In this document: positions 11,734 to 23,862 of the stretch, piece after piece
Layout of the letters: every line of letters begins with the position of its first letter
Numbering within the stretch: position 1 is the first letter of the stretch
Assembly: GCA_043228905.1 (NCBI GenBank)
Contig: JBHGNT010000018.1
Coordinates: 11,904,001-11,968,000, forward strand
Origin: Azolla caroliniana
Lineage: Eukaryota; Plantae; Polypodiophyta
Reading direction: 5' to 3'
Length of the DNA: 64,000 nt
Translations under genes and position numbers: made by a program
Notes under the pieces: model-generated
Told to the model about the DNA's origin: nothing
The model's input: only the letters and a program-made list of their open reading frames with translations
Databases searched by the model: none

Positions 11734-14700
11734 AGCTATGAAAGTCTAGTGAAGCCGCATATGTGCAGGAAGGTTAAGACAAAATGTTGCATCATTAATC
11801 CATGTTGTGATGGCAAAAGAACGTAAGCATTGATAATCGAGCCTAGCACACGGGCAGGTAGTCTTGATGTGATGACGAAGCAACCATACTCAGTCACCAA
11901 CCTTAAAAGGAGACTTAAGACGATGTCGATCGGCATTGGTCTTATGGTGTACTTGCGCTTTTTGAAGATGTGAAGATAATTCAAACTAGGTTTGTTGTAG
12001 TCAATGGAGGTGATGTGCCGCACTAGGGTTTCGGGACACCTCAGGGAGATCCAAGATACACCATCGAGGGTGGTTGCCAATGTAGGAAAAGAAAGGTGTA
12101 ACTTTTGTAGAAGAGTGTACCGTGTTGTTGTATGCAAACTCAGCAAGATGTAAAATATTGCTCCAATGATCTTGTTGATAATTGATGAAGCATCGAAGAT
12201 ACTGCTCGAGTGTTTGGTTTGTGCACTTTGTTTGTCCATCAGTTTGTGGATGATAAGCCGAAGAGAGTTTGCAGGAGATTTTGAAGCCTACCCATAGGTG
12301 CTTCCAAAAGTGTGAGATAAATTGAGGACCTTGATCACTGATAATATCATTTGGGAGACCATGATGGAGAAACACCTCACGCATAATAAGATCTGCAGTT
12401 TCTTCACTACTAATGGTCTTTACACATGGTACAAAATGTGCCATCTTTGTGAACCGATCCACTAATGTTAAAATACTATCAAAGCCTTTGGAAGGTGGCA
12501 GATCCATAATGAAATCCATAGAAATAGACTATCATGGCTTGTTGGGAGGTGGTAATGGTTGTAGTAAGCCATAAGGATGATGCCTGGGTATTTTGGCGCG
12601 CCAGCAGGTGTCACATGTGCGAACGTAATCTTCGACAAATTTTTGCACGTGAGACCACCAAAACGAACGTTTTACCAGTTCAATGGCCTTGGTTTTTTCC
12701 AAAATGTCCAGCCATGGGGGCATCATGACAATGTTCTAACACTTGAAGTCAGGGTGATCTGTTAGGGACGTAAAGGAGATTCGTATAGAAGAGTAAGCCA
12801 TCTTGCCACTTGAAGTCCTAATAATGTTGAGATGACCCTTGCAATGTGGAGCAAGATGGATGACTTGAACCAATGTGGGCTAAGACATCCTTAGCGAAAT
12901 CATCAGAGTGAAGTTGTTGTTGAATAGTGTCAAGAAGGCTAGAATCAAGTGGCGTGGCATAAATTGTTGTTGCCTGTAGCTTTGATGGCCCGAGGAGAAT
13001 CTGCTTTTGATTGTTGAAGGCCGTATCTCCAGGTCGAAGAGCTAGATACGAACGCCAAGACAAAGCATCTGCTTTTCCTTGTTTTCCAGGGCGAAAAATG
13101 ATCCTGAAATCGAAACGCGTTAGAAATTGGGCCCACGAGCTTGTCGTCTATTTAATACTCGAGTTGTTTGAAAATATGTGAGATTTTTGTGATCACTATA
13201 AATGATAATCTGATGAGGCAATCCTTCTAGAAAATGACGTCATTGCTCGAATGAGTCGACCACAGCTAGTAACTCCTTGTCATGCACCTCATAGTTTATT
13301 TCTGAAACAGTAAATTTTCTCAAGTGAAACGCAACTGGATGACTTTGTCCATCCTCGCTTGGTTTCAATAGGATACTCCCCAATGCGAAGTCTTATGCAT
13401 CCGCCTCAATAGTAAATGGCTTTTCGGGATCAATATGCGCTAGGATAGGTGTTGATGTGAATGCCTCTTTCAACTGAGTAAAAGCCTTATCCGCTTCAAT
13501 ACTCCAAAAAAATGCTTGATTTTTCTTGGTGAGTTGGGTGAGGAGCAACACAATGCTTGAATAATTATGTATGAATTTGCGATAGAAGTTTGCAAATCCG
13601 AGGAAACACTGGACGTCCCGAACTGAGCATGGGGGTTTTCCATTCCAATATTGTTTGGACTTTTGCCGGATCCATGAAAATACCCTTGGATGAAATAGTG
13701 TATCCCAAAAATTCGACTTGTTTGCAATCAAAACTGCATTTCTCAAGTTTGGCATAAAGACCATACTTTCTTAGGCGTTCAAGTACTTTCCGCACATGTA
13801 TATCATGCTCGTCCTGTGTTTTATAGTAAATCAACAGATCATCTAGGTAGATGATGAGAAAGATATCCAAGAAATCCCGGAAAATGTCATTTGCCATATG
13901 TTGAAATATTGCGGGTGCATTTGTGAGCCCGAAAGGCATGACTATATACTCGAAATGACCATACCGAGTACGAAATGCAGTTTTCCACTCATCTCCCGGT
14001 CGAATTCGAACAAGATTATATGCACCCCTTAGATCAATTTTGGTAAAATGCTTTGCCCCACCAATGTGTTCTAAGAGACTGGAGATTAAAGGTAGAGTAT
14101 ACCTATTCCTTATGGTGACTTTATTTAAGCCTCGATCGTCCACGACCAAACAAAGGGAGCCATCCTTTTTCTTCACAAAAAAGATAGGAGCTGGTGAGGA
14201 GACTTTGAATGTCGAATAAACCCATGTGCAAGATTTCCTCGATGTATTCTCGAAGAACCTCAAGCTCAGTGGGTGATAAATTGTAAATCAGACTCCACGG
14301 TGGCTCTTTTCCTGTTTGGAGATCAATAGGATAGTCGTACGACAGATGCTTTGGAAGAACCCTAGCTTTGACTTTGTCGAAAACATCAGCATAGTCTTGA
14401 TATTTTTTGGGAATTTGGATGTCGAAATTCCCTTGAGTGGCACTAGAAGGTGTCACTAATACTGCAAATAAGAAAAGGTTCTCCTTGCCTCCCACTTGGT
14501 GCAATTGTTGCAATGTGATGACTAAAATTTGATGAAAAGGAGATGGTGCATTGGTAGAACTATATTCTTCAAGAGAGTAATCCTGAGTTTGATCCTTGGC
14601 AATGATATTTTCTACTGAAGGGCACCAAATTTCTCGCTTCCTCCAATCGATTCTAGGATTATATAGCTCGAACCATGGCAAACAGAGGACAATTGGATGC

Positions 14701-16486
14701 TCAAGACTACGGATTATGTTAAAGGAAACTACACATCCTAAATCACCTAAGAGTATGTGTATTGGCTCAAACTCTTCAAATATCTTCCCGGAAGCTATGG
14801 GACGTCCATCAATCACTACTACAGAAACTGGACAAGGAAGTCTATGCAAGGACATTTGGTGTTTTTGGGAAAAATCTCTATCCATGAAATAAGAATTGGC
14901 TCTAGTATCTAAGAGGGCTTGGACTTGAAGTTGACAACTTGGTGTCCTAACTTGTACTTGGGTTGAGAAGACTCTACTAACATGCTTGGAAGAAATGGAA
15001 CCCACACTAGGTTGTACATATCTAGGGTTGTCCAACCAAATGGCTCCTATTTTGGCCAGACTTATTCGTTTGACTCCTCTTCTAATTGTCTTAGGACTTC
15101 AAACTTATTGGACAAGGGTAGATTATTCATAATATTAGATTCACTAACTGCTTCTAAAATGTTGGACTCATTTTTATTGTCATAGTGAATTTGATTTACC
15201 TGATGTCTCGGCCTACGGGAGCAATGAATGGCTATATGTCCTGGACCTCCACAATATAAGCACAGACGGTTTGCTCGGCGTCGTTGCTTCTCTTCATTCG
15301 ACAACGATCCTCGTCGTTGAGTGATATCAATCTCCATGGGTGTAGGATTATCCATTGGGACTGGACTACGTGTTTGCCTTGGAGTTGGAGCAAGGCTATA
15401 TGTTTGCGTTGGGGATTATTGTGCCGTTACTGATGCATAAGTTGGTGTGAATCGTGATCTTGTTATTTGTTGTTGTCACTCACATTGATGTTCAAAAAGG
15501 CGATTATCACACCATATTTCTCGACTAATAGCTTCTATAAGTGACCTTGGATCCTCGAGTTTTGACATCACTATGAAGGCTTGAATGGAATTGCTCCATT
15601 AGGGCTTGTTCATCCCAAGGAATATCGCTTGCGATGAGACGGAAATTGGCTGCATATGTCGAAGCTGGCTAATCACCTTGACGTAGTGTACGAATCGTGT
15701 TGATAGTTGTTCTCGCCCCATCAGTATCTCCGAAACAAGCCTTAAATTCTTTGATAAATTCCTCAAAATTATTCAGTAGAGGAGAATTTGTCTCTAACAA
15801 TGGAGCAAACCACGACAACGATATGCAGTCACTAAGGTGCCCACTAACCCGACTCATGATGCATTTGTCGGATAACATGTGGGATGCATTTGAATCACCA
15901 ACCGTACTTGATTCAAGAAACCTCGGAAATGCGGCCTCTAACCATCAAATTTAGCTAGGAGGCTAATTTTGGGCTCCTTGATAAGTCCTTGACCTTCGAC
16001 CCTTCGTTGTTCTAACACTACGATTGTTGACTCAAACTGTTGAACCCGTCGTGTGAACTCCCCTTGTTGTTGTTGCTTCTCTATAGTAACCTTTTGTAGA
16101 TCCCCAAGTAGACGTTGATTCTCTACTTCAAGAAATGCGAACTTGGATTTAAGATTCTCCATTTCTGCAACAAGGGTGAGATATTCTTCTGAGTTAATGG
16201 CGGCAATGGTTTCGTGATGGTTACAGAGGAGGATGAGAGAGAGAGAGAGAGGGAATTCGAATCAAACTGTCAGAACCAAGAATAAAAGATAGAGTGATGG
16301 AAGAAGGATATAACGGAACACGAGAAGAAATGAACGAAATGCTAAGAGAAGAATGGGTGTATTAAGATAAAGAAAGAAAGAGAATGGATACAAGATATGT
16401 GAGAGCTAAAGATTGGTGTTGATTCAAATTTATTTGAGAATACATGTATGCCCTTATTTATAGGCTCCTATAGAATAGCTTAGAGA

Positions 16487-16546
16487 TTTCTATAATGTTC
16501 TAGAATGTTCTAGGACATTCTAGAACATTCTAGAATGATCTAGAGT
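16487..16546. promoter_or_regulatory. Phased heat-shock element (nGAAn/nTTCn) array in LTR U3
   Basis: TTC/GAA alternate every 5 bp at 16498, 16503, 16508, (GGA 16513), 16518, 16523, 16528 and 16533, about 35-75 bp upstream of the TATA box. Confidence 0.75.
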
Positions 16547-16599
16547 TTTTACAATAATCAATCTAATACAAAAATTAGCTTTTATTCTCTCATATGACA

Positions 16600-16671
16600 A
16601 TAAGCTATCTTAATGTTTGAGGTTTTCAATTATGGATTACAAGGTTCGAGGTTCAAGTCCGGGTGACGCCA
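16600..16671 (+). promoter_or_regulatory. tRNA-like Pol III A-box/B-box cassette in the Gypsy-1 LTR, antisense to the element
   Basis: A-box-like TATCTTAATGT at 16606; B-box GGTTCAAGTCC at 16650-16660; spacing 44; ends ...GACGCCA. Confidence 0.6.
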
Positions 16672-16693
16672 TAATGGTCACGTGTTCATGACA

Positions 16694-16976
16694 ATGTCAG
16701 TGACTTCCCAAGGAGGCCGATTGGGCTGGAGATGCCACAGATCGACGATTGACATAAAGGTTCATGTTCTCTCTTGGGAGTGCGGCTATACTAGCCTAGA
16801 GTAGCAAGAAGCAGTCGATAGTGGCCTTGTCAACCATCTAAGTTGAGTATAGAGCAGCCATTGTCACGACATGTGAGGCTATCTCATTGAGAAGAAAAGT
16901 GAGGTCTTCGATTGTTTCTGGAACAGGAAACGAAGAGCAAGATCAAGTGCCTACGATCGGATGGCGAAAAAGTAAA
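16694..16976 (+). mobile_element. Scrambled Copia RNase H and integrase remnants
   Basis: DWAGDATDRR, MFSLGSAAI, SSKKQSIVALST and KIKCLRSDG. Confidence 0.75.
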
Positions 16977-16981
16977 GGTTA

Positions 16982-19900
16982 TGTTGAGAGACAAGCTCAA
17001 CATTCGGTGCGAAGTATGCAACGTAACCCAGTGCGTAGACTGGGTGCGTGAAAAAGTACGCATAACAGGGCCGCATCGGTGTGAAAAATGAAGAGGCCAT
17101 TAGAGCGTTATTCCTCGTAAGGGAATAATTTTGGGAGTTTGTGTAGTCAGCTCATTTATGAGCATTCAAGTACTGTCAGTACTTGTGTCTGCCCGATTGT
17201 CAGGGCTTGTATAAAAGTTGCTCACTGAGCACGGTGTATGTACACAGAACAGAGTGTCATTATTTTGAATTCAAGTTTTCTGTTGTTTGCTCTCTCTCTC
17301 CATCTCCATCTCCATCTCCATCTTTGCGTTTCCTGTGTTTTACTGAATTGTCTTATTCCTCCGAACTGTGTACTCTGTGTTTTCGCACACGCTTCCGCAC
17401 AACATATTCTTTTACATGGTATCAGAGCGTGAGGGTTGAAGTCCTCTGCAGCCGACAAGAAAAGTTTGTGATGAAACAGAGTTGAAGTTGTTCGCTTTCG
17501 GAGAAGAAAAAGACAGTACTATGGACAAAGGAATAGGAAGCTCACTTCCGACTAAAAAGCTTGACAGAAGCAACTACGCATCTTGATCTTACAAGATGCA
17601 TCAGTACCTGCTCGGCCATGGCTACTGGAGTTATGTCAAAGGAGCAAACGATGTGGCACCCGACTCGACACACAAGGACTATCCGGCTTGGGAACAAGTG
17701 GCAAGCAGAGTTCTCTACTGCTTCGCGTCCTTTGTGAGCGATCAACTTTTGAGCTATATTCGGGGAGCCAAGACGTCAAAGGACATGTGGGTGAATCTCA
17801 AAAGGATTTTCGCCGCCAGCACAATGGCCAGAAAGCTGCAACTCAGACAGGAGTTCAACAATGTACGACAAAGAGATATGTCGGTGGCTGATTACACCAC
17901 CAAGATCAAAGAAATCTGCGACTCTCTCGCCTCCGTCAACGTGAACATCGAGGAAGATGAAATGTTGCAGGTCTGTCTTGGTGGCTTGGCGTCAAAGTTC
18001 GGACCTTTCCGAACGGCAATCTGCACGAGGGAGATTACGCCTTCGTTTTTCGAGCTTCAGTCAATGTTGCTCATAGAAGAAAACCACGCGGGTGCGTCGA
18101 CGAGTACGCACGCCGATGGCAAGATGCTTTACATGGAGAATGATAGGCCTCGTGGTCGTGGTGGACGAGGCGGATCGGCGCGCAATGGAGGCGGCCGAAA
18201 AGAGCACAATGTATGACATAATAGAGATGCCGGAAGCAATTCCGAACCCTCCACAAGCAGGGGGAGTCATGGTGGCGCCGGAAGACGGCAAGAGAAGACC
18301 GCGCCGGATTGCTGGTACTATGGCAAGAAAGGCCACAAGGAGAGCGAGTGCTTGAAAAAGCGACCCGATTCGGACAAAGCCGGATCGAGCCGAAGAGACA
18401 CAGAGAGGCGTCAGAGATCGCACTACGTAGAAGGCTCTAAACGACCCAGAAACAAACAGGCCCAGCCTTTGTAATGAAGCATAAGCCCAATTCTATGGCC
18501 ATGAACACCTCAATCAAGCGAGGTGTGGTATGTTGATTCTAGAGCATCAAATCATATGACGAGTCACGAGGAATGGTTCTCGTACATGGAGAAACCAGAA
18601 TCATAAGGAGTGGTCGAAACAGGAGACAACACTCCGCATACCATCGAACATGTCGGCGAAGTTCCTCTCAGCCACGTCGGGCAGAAAGGGAAGCTATTGA
18701 ACGTGTTGCACGTCCCAACAATAACCAAGAACCTAGTGTTGGTTTGTCAAATCGTCGACCAAGGTATGCAAGTTCGAATCACGCATCTCGGTTGCTTCAT
18801 AGAAGAGGAAGGCAAGGTAATCGCGCAAGGGCGCCGTGAAGGGAGGATGTTTATCCTCGACATTAATCAAGCCGGAACCGCGTTGTACGCGAAAGGACAA
18901 AGGGTCGAATCAGATATCAACCTGAGGCACAAGCGGTTCGACCACGTAAATTTCCCACGGCTTCGTGAAATGCAGACGAAGAACATTGTTTTTGGGTTGC
19001 CGAAATTTCGTGGTCGGAATGGCCAAGTTTGCGAAGCCTGTCAGATGGGAAAACAGCACCGGCTTCCATTCCCCAACGAGCGTAATCGGAGCCGTAATCC
19101 GCTCAATTTGATCCATTTGGATGTGTGTGGTCCGGCGCAAAATGGGAGTCTTGGTGGAAGTCGTTACTTTGTAACCTTCATCAATGATTTCACTCAACAC
19201 ACGTGGGCATACACGATCGCAAAGAAGAGCGAAGTTTTCGCATGTTTTTTGGAGGTGAAGAGCCCCGCGGAAAGGGAAACAGGGCATAAAATCAAATGCC
19301 TACGGTCCGATGGCAGGAAGGAGTACTTCTCTGACCAGTTCACATGTTATCTACGAAAGGAGGGAATTCGACGCGATTTCTCATGTAGATATACGCCAGA
19401 GCAGAACGGCGTAGCCGAGCGGAAGAATCAGATGATTGAAGAAGCGGCTCGGGCAATGCTCGAAGAGAAGCATATGCCAAAATTTTATTGGGCTGAAGCC
19501 GTGAAGATGGCTATCTACTTGCAGAATCGGACTTCTGCCAATGGAGGAGTGTCGCCACATGAGTTGTATTTCGGGAAGAAGCCGAACTTGGCACACTTGA
19601 GGATTTTCGGTAGCATTGCGTATGTGCATGTGCCGAAGGAGAAGAGGAGGAAGATAGATGCCAAGGCCGAGAAATGTATATGTTAGGAAACAGGTCCCTT
19701 CAGATGGGAAATGAGAAGAATCGTGTTGATGAGCAACTCGGCCGAGGCCGATAGGCGTCGACCGAATCCGGAAGACCCGGTGAGAACAAAATGTGGAGTA
19801 CCCAGCAACGGAAGACCCGGTGAGAACCGGATGTGTAGTACCCGGCAATAAAAGACCCGGTGAGAACCGGATGACGAGTACCCAGCAAGGAAGACCCGGT

Positions 19901-22900
19901 GAGAACCTCTCATCGGATGGAAGGGACATATATGTAAATATGTTCCAGAGAGCCCACTAGGGCTATATTTGTAAATAGCCCGAAAGTCATATTAGTATAA
20001 ATATGACCTAGGGCAAACTTAATAATGAAGTATAGAGTTATTGGTGTAACTTCTGTACAATGCGTAAGAGAGAGAGAGAGAGAGAGAGATACAGAGATTG
20101 TGTCTCTGTTGTAACCGCCGCTAGGCGAAGATTGAGAGCAAGGGGTCGGTGCCTCTGTGCTCCCTATTGTATTACTTTCCATAGTGATAGTTTGGAGTTT
20201 GTGGACTCCCGTGGTTTTTCCCTCTCAGGGTTTTCCACGTTAATATCTTGTATATTCTCTTTCTGTTTTGTGTACTTACCTCCATTCCCATTTCGTCTGT
20301 GTTTTGATTATCATCAAGAGATCTACGTTTCGGTTGTGGCCGGAGATTAATCCGCGTATTCCACGTCAGTATCTTGGTTGGCTATTCAAACGATCAAAAG
20401 GGGTATAAGTGCTATAACCCACAAACAAAGGAAGTACGCGTAAGCCGCGATGTTGTATTTGACGAGTCCGCTTCGTGGTACCTACCTTCTCCTCCAGAAT
20501 CTCATGACTCCATTCCGATTTCTGAAGAAGACATCAACAAGGCTGAAATGCCTCCCCATGATGACGACATCGGAGCTTTGAGAGAGAGTTCGATCTCATT
20601 TTGGCTAAGCGGGCCGAATGAGGGGTTGGGCCGAGATGGCCAACCAGATGATGAGATGGCCAGTAGTGGAGACTCGGCCATGCATTCCCCGCGCAGGAAG
20701 CCAAGGAGACGGCTTACGCGCAAGGACAAAGGCAAGAAGAAAATGACGGAATACGACTTCGGTAGTGCTGAGTCAGATCCGAGCGAGTCTGACTACGGGC
20801 AAACTGAGAAGGAACCTCCACGGAAGAGGTCAACAGTAGCCGAAAAGGTCATGAAATCGGGTAATCACGAATTACGCTGATCTACCCGCCTCAAGAACCC
20901 CGTAAAGAGATACGGGTATAATAAGTACATGGTGCACCATTACGCATACATGACACAAGTGGCGGAAGTGCGTGAGCCGGAGAACTACGCAGAAGCGGCG
21001 TAGGACGCAAATTGGCGTGCTGCAATGGAGGAGGAAGAGATGCGCGCATAATTGGAGAATGAAACCTGGGACCTAGTTGACACACCGAAGGGTGTAAAGC
21101 CGATCGGATGCAGATGGGTGTATAAAGTGAAATACAACACCGATGGCTCTGTCAACCACTACAAAGCCCGTTTAGTAGCTCAAGGCTACGCGCAGAAGCA
21201 CGACGATGACTACCATCCGTGTTTGGCTCGCAGTAGCCGCGGCAAAGGGGTGGCACTTACCTCAAATGGATGTAAAGAACGTGTTCCTACAAGGTAATCT
21301 TCATGAACAGGTGTACATAGTACAGCCCCCCGGATTTCTATCCGAACAAAATACCTTGGCAGTTTGCCGATTGAAGAAATCCTTATACGGACTAAAGCAA
21401 GCCCCACGAGCTTGGAACGCAAAGATTACGCAACAGTTGCGTAGGATGGGGTTTGCGTCGTCGAAATCGGACTCTTCTCTATTTGTTTGGCAAGGTCAAT
21501 ATGGACCGGTTAGCCTGCTCTTGTACGTTGATGATTTAGTCATTGCCAGTGCCGACCTTGATGAAATCCACTACGTGAAGTCTCAACTTGCGACATCGTT
21601 TGAAATGAAGGATCTCGGAGACCTTCATTAATTCCTCGGGATCGAAGTGATCCGTACGCCCGAAGGCATATTGATCAGTCAGCGCGCGTCATTACGCGTT
21701 GAATATGCTCTTCAAGTTCGGGATGGAAAATTGTAAGCCCATCTCAACCCCTCTGGATAGAAACGCAAAGCTTCGCCGAGATTGGGGAAAGGCATGTGAC
21801 CCAACACGGTTCCAACAGATTGTCGGGAGCCTTATCTATGACTGAACACTTTCAGTGCGCACAATGGATACTGCGTTATGTCAGCGGCACGAAAGACATG
21901 GCGTTGTTTTATCGGGCAGGCGTAGCCGAACAGTTAGTCGGCTACACGGATGCCAATTGGGCTGGAAACGCCCACGATCGTAGATCCACATCTGGATACG
22001 CATTCTCTCTAGGAAGTGAGGCGATCGCGTGGAGCAGCAAAAAGCAACCGACAGTAGCACTGTCGAGCACGGAGGCCGAATATCGAGGGGCTATTACGGG
22101 ATCTGCAAGTAGATGTGTCTGATCCGACAACAATCTTTTGTGACAACCTCAGTAGTATCCACCTTGCGAAGAACCCCGTTTTCCACGCCCGGACCAAGCA
22201 CATTGAGGTGCATTACCATTTTGTCCGCAAGCGGGTCTTTTCAGGTGAAGTCAAACTGATGCATGTTCCGGCTGATCGGTAGATTGCCGACATCTTCACC
22301 AAGCCTCTTGGTCTCGATAAGTTACAGCATTTCTTGGGTGAGCTTGGGTTGTGTCACCTCGACACGCCGAACTTGAGGGGGAGAAAGGAAGATGAACAAG
22401 AATAAGAGCATGAAAAGAGCGGAGGTGTTCATCACGGCGGAAGTGAGCGTGATGAGGAATCGGATGAAGAATTCGATTTCGGACCGGCTGAAGAAGCCGA
22501 AGAAGAAAGCAAGGTCTACAATCGTAGGGAAGAGCCGAGGACAGCCAAATCAGGGGGAGATACAGCCAAGAAGGGCGTAAAGGCCAAGACCAAGACGTGG
22601 TTTGATGTAGTCAAAGGCATAAAGACAGGGGACGAATTGGAGACAACCAATTCGAATGAGAGCGGAATTTAATCGAAAGCGTTCGATTCAATCGAAATGT
22701 TCGATTCAGATACGCCAAATCAACTGAAGGCATGCCGGAAAAAGGGCAACGAAGGACGCGTCGACACCGCGACAGCAAGGGAGCTAAGAAGGGCCGAACG
22801 AGTAGACAAGCCAACCGAAAGGGTCAAAGCGCGTGGAATAGAACGGGTCGAGGAGTGCGAGCGAGGCGTGAACCCAGAAGGAACCGGAGCCTAGATCCAA

Positions 22901-23367
22901 TGGAGCAAGTGGAACCTCAAGTCGAGCTTGAGGGGGAGTGTTGAGAGACAAGCTCAACATTCGGTGCGAAGTACACAATGTAACCCAGTGCGTAGACTGG
23001 GTGCGTGAAAAAGTACGCATAATAGGGACGCATCGATGTGAAAACCAAAGAGGCCGTTAGAGCATTATTCCTCGTAAGGGAATAATTTTGGGAGTTTGTG
23101 TAGTCAACTCATTTATGAGCATTCAAGTACTGTCAGTACTTGTGTCATCCTGATTGTCAGGGCTTGTATAAAAGGTGCTCATTGAGCACGGTGTATGTAC
23201 ACAGAAAAGAGTGTCATTATTTTGAATTCAAGTTTTTTGTTGTCTGCTCTCTCTCTCCATCTCCATCTCCATCTCTACGTTTTTTGTGTTTTACTGAATT
23301 ATCTTATTCCTCCGAACTGTGTACTCTATGTTTTCGCACACGCTTCTGCACAACATATTCTTTTACA
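16982..23367 (+). mobile_element. Full-length decayed Ty1/Copia element 2
   Basis: LTRs 16982-17416 and 22939-23367 (about 27 substitutions by eye); TSD GGTTA; tRNA-iMet PBS TGGTATCAGAGC at 17417-17428; gag from 17521; IN, RT and RNase H motifs with stops; PPT at 22927-22938. Confidence 0.97.
19681..20368 (+). mobile_element. Solo LTR related to the Copia-1 LTR, inserted in the Copia-2 integrase
   Basis: TG...CA; TSD GTATA/GTATC; removal restores AEKCILVGY; ~40-bp U3 repeats share the core GACCCGGTGAGAACCGGATG with the 54-bp repeats at 7071. Confidence 0.9.
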
Positions 23368-23714
23368 GGTTATTTGCAGTAGAAAGGAATTTTGTTGATC
23401 ATACGATCGTCGACAAGGAGTGCGAATGGTGTATCATCGGTGCACGGCTTGGAGAGCATGAGAGAGAGAGAGAGAGAGAGAGATTAAACCTTGATAACTT
23501 AAATTATTATAGGGATTAATTAAAACTTAAACATAACTAAAAGTATAATGAGAAAGGGAGAGAGGGCTAGCCATTAAGTATTAATTAAAAAGACTAAAAC
23601 AAATGTTACTAACATGTTAAGAGAGAGAGAGAGAGAGAGAGTGTGAGAGAGAGTGATTAAGAGCAAAGCTATTACTAATTATCATTAAGATTGAAAAAGA
23701 AATTACATGGGGAT

Positions 23715-23773
23715 ATGGTCATGAGCAAACTAGTTTCGCCCACCATGGGGCTCATCAGTGCTAAAATGACCAT
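23715..23773 (-). ncRNA. Minimal type I hammerhead ribozyme
   Basis: Minus strand: atggtcat-tttagca CTGATGA gccc-catggt-gggc GAAA ctaGTT^tgct-c-atgaccat. Stem I agca/tgct plus distal atggtcat/atgaccat; 4-bp stem II; palindromic stem III AACTAGTT. TATATAAA just upstream (~23788-23795). Confidence 0.85.
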
Positions 23774-23862
23774 TAGGGGTGGATACATTTATATAAGGAG
23801 TTTTAGGAGAGGATTTAGAGAAATGACAATAGGGAGTGGGGGTGTGTGCTTATGGATATGAT

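Larger units (their letters stand above)
7771..16693 (-). mobile_element. Ty3/Gypsy chromovirus (Tcn1/sushi-like), decayed; interrupted by a TIR element, 3' end lost at the Copia-1 insertion
   Basis: Gag PTPMEID plus CLYCGGPGHIAIHC; protease ALLDTRA; [18 protein letters not shown] and YLDD; RNase H; IN MDFI and HPQTDGQT. SLLEPFH..PPPPSVQLVDGQEY (chromodomain start) continues at 7771-7862 across the insertion. Confidence 0.93.
16268..16693 (-). repeat. 5' LTR of Gypsy-1
   Basis: TGTCA...TGACA termini; minus-strand TATAAATA at 16455-16462; lies just upstream of gag. Confidence 0.88.

Noticed and set aside
16600-16671. Functional tRNA gene (also 27375-27602 and 47540-47610)
   Set aside because: No convincing acceptor or anticodon stems; only the A/B boxes and their spacing are retained.
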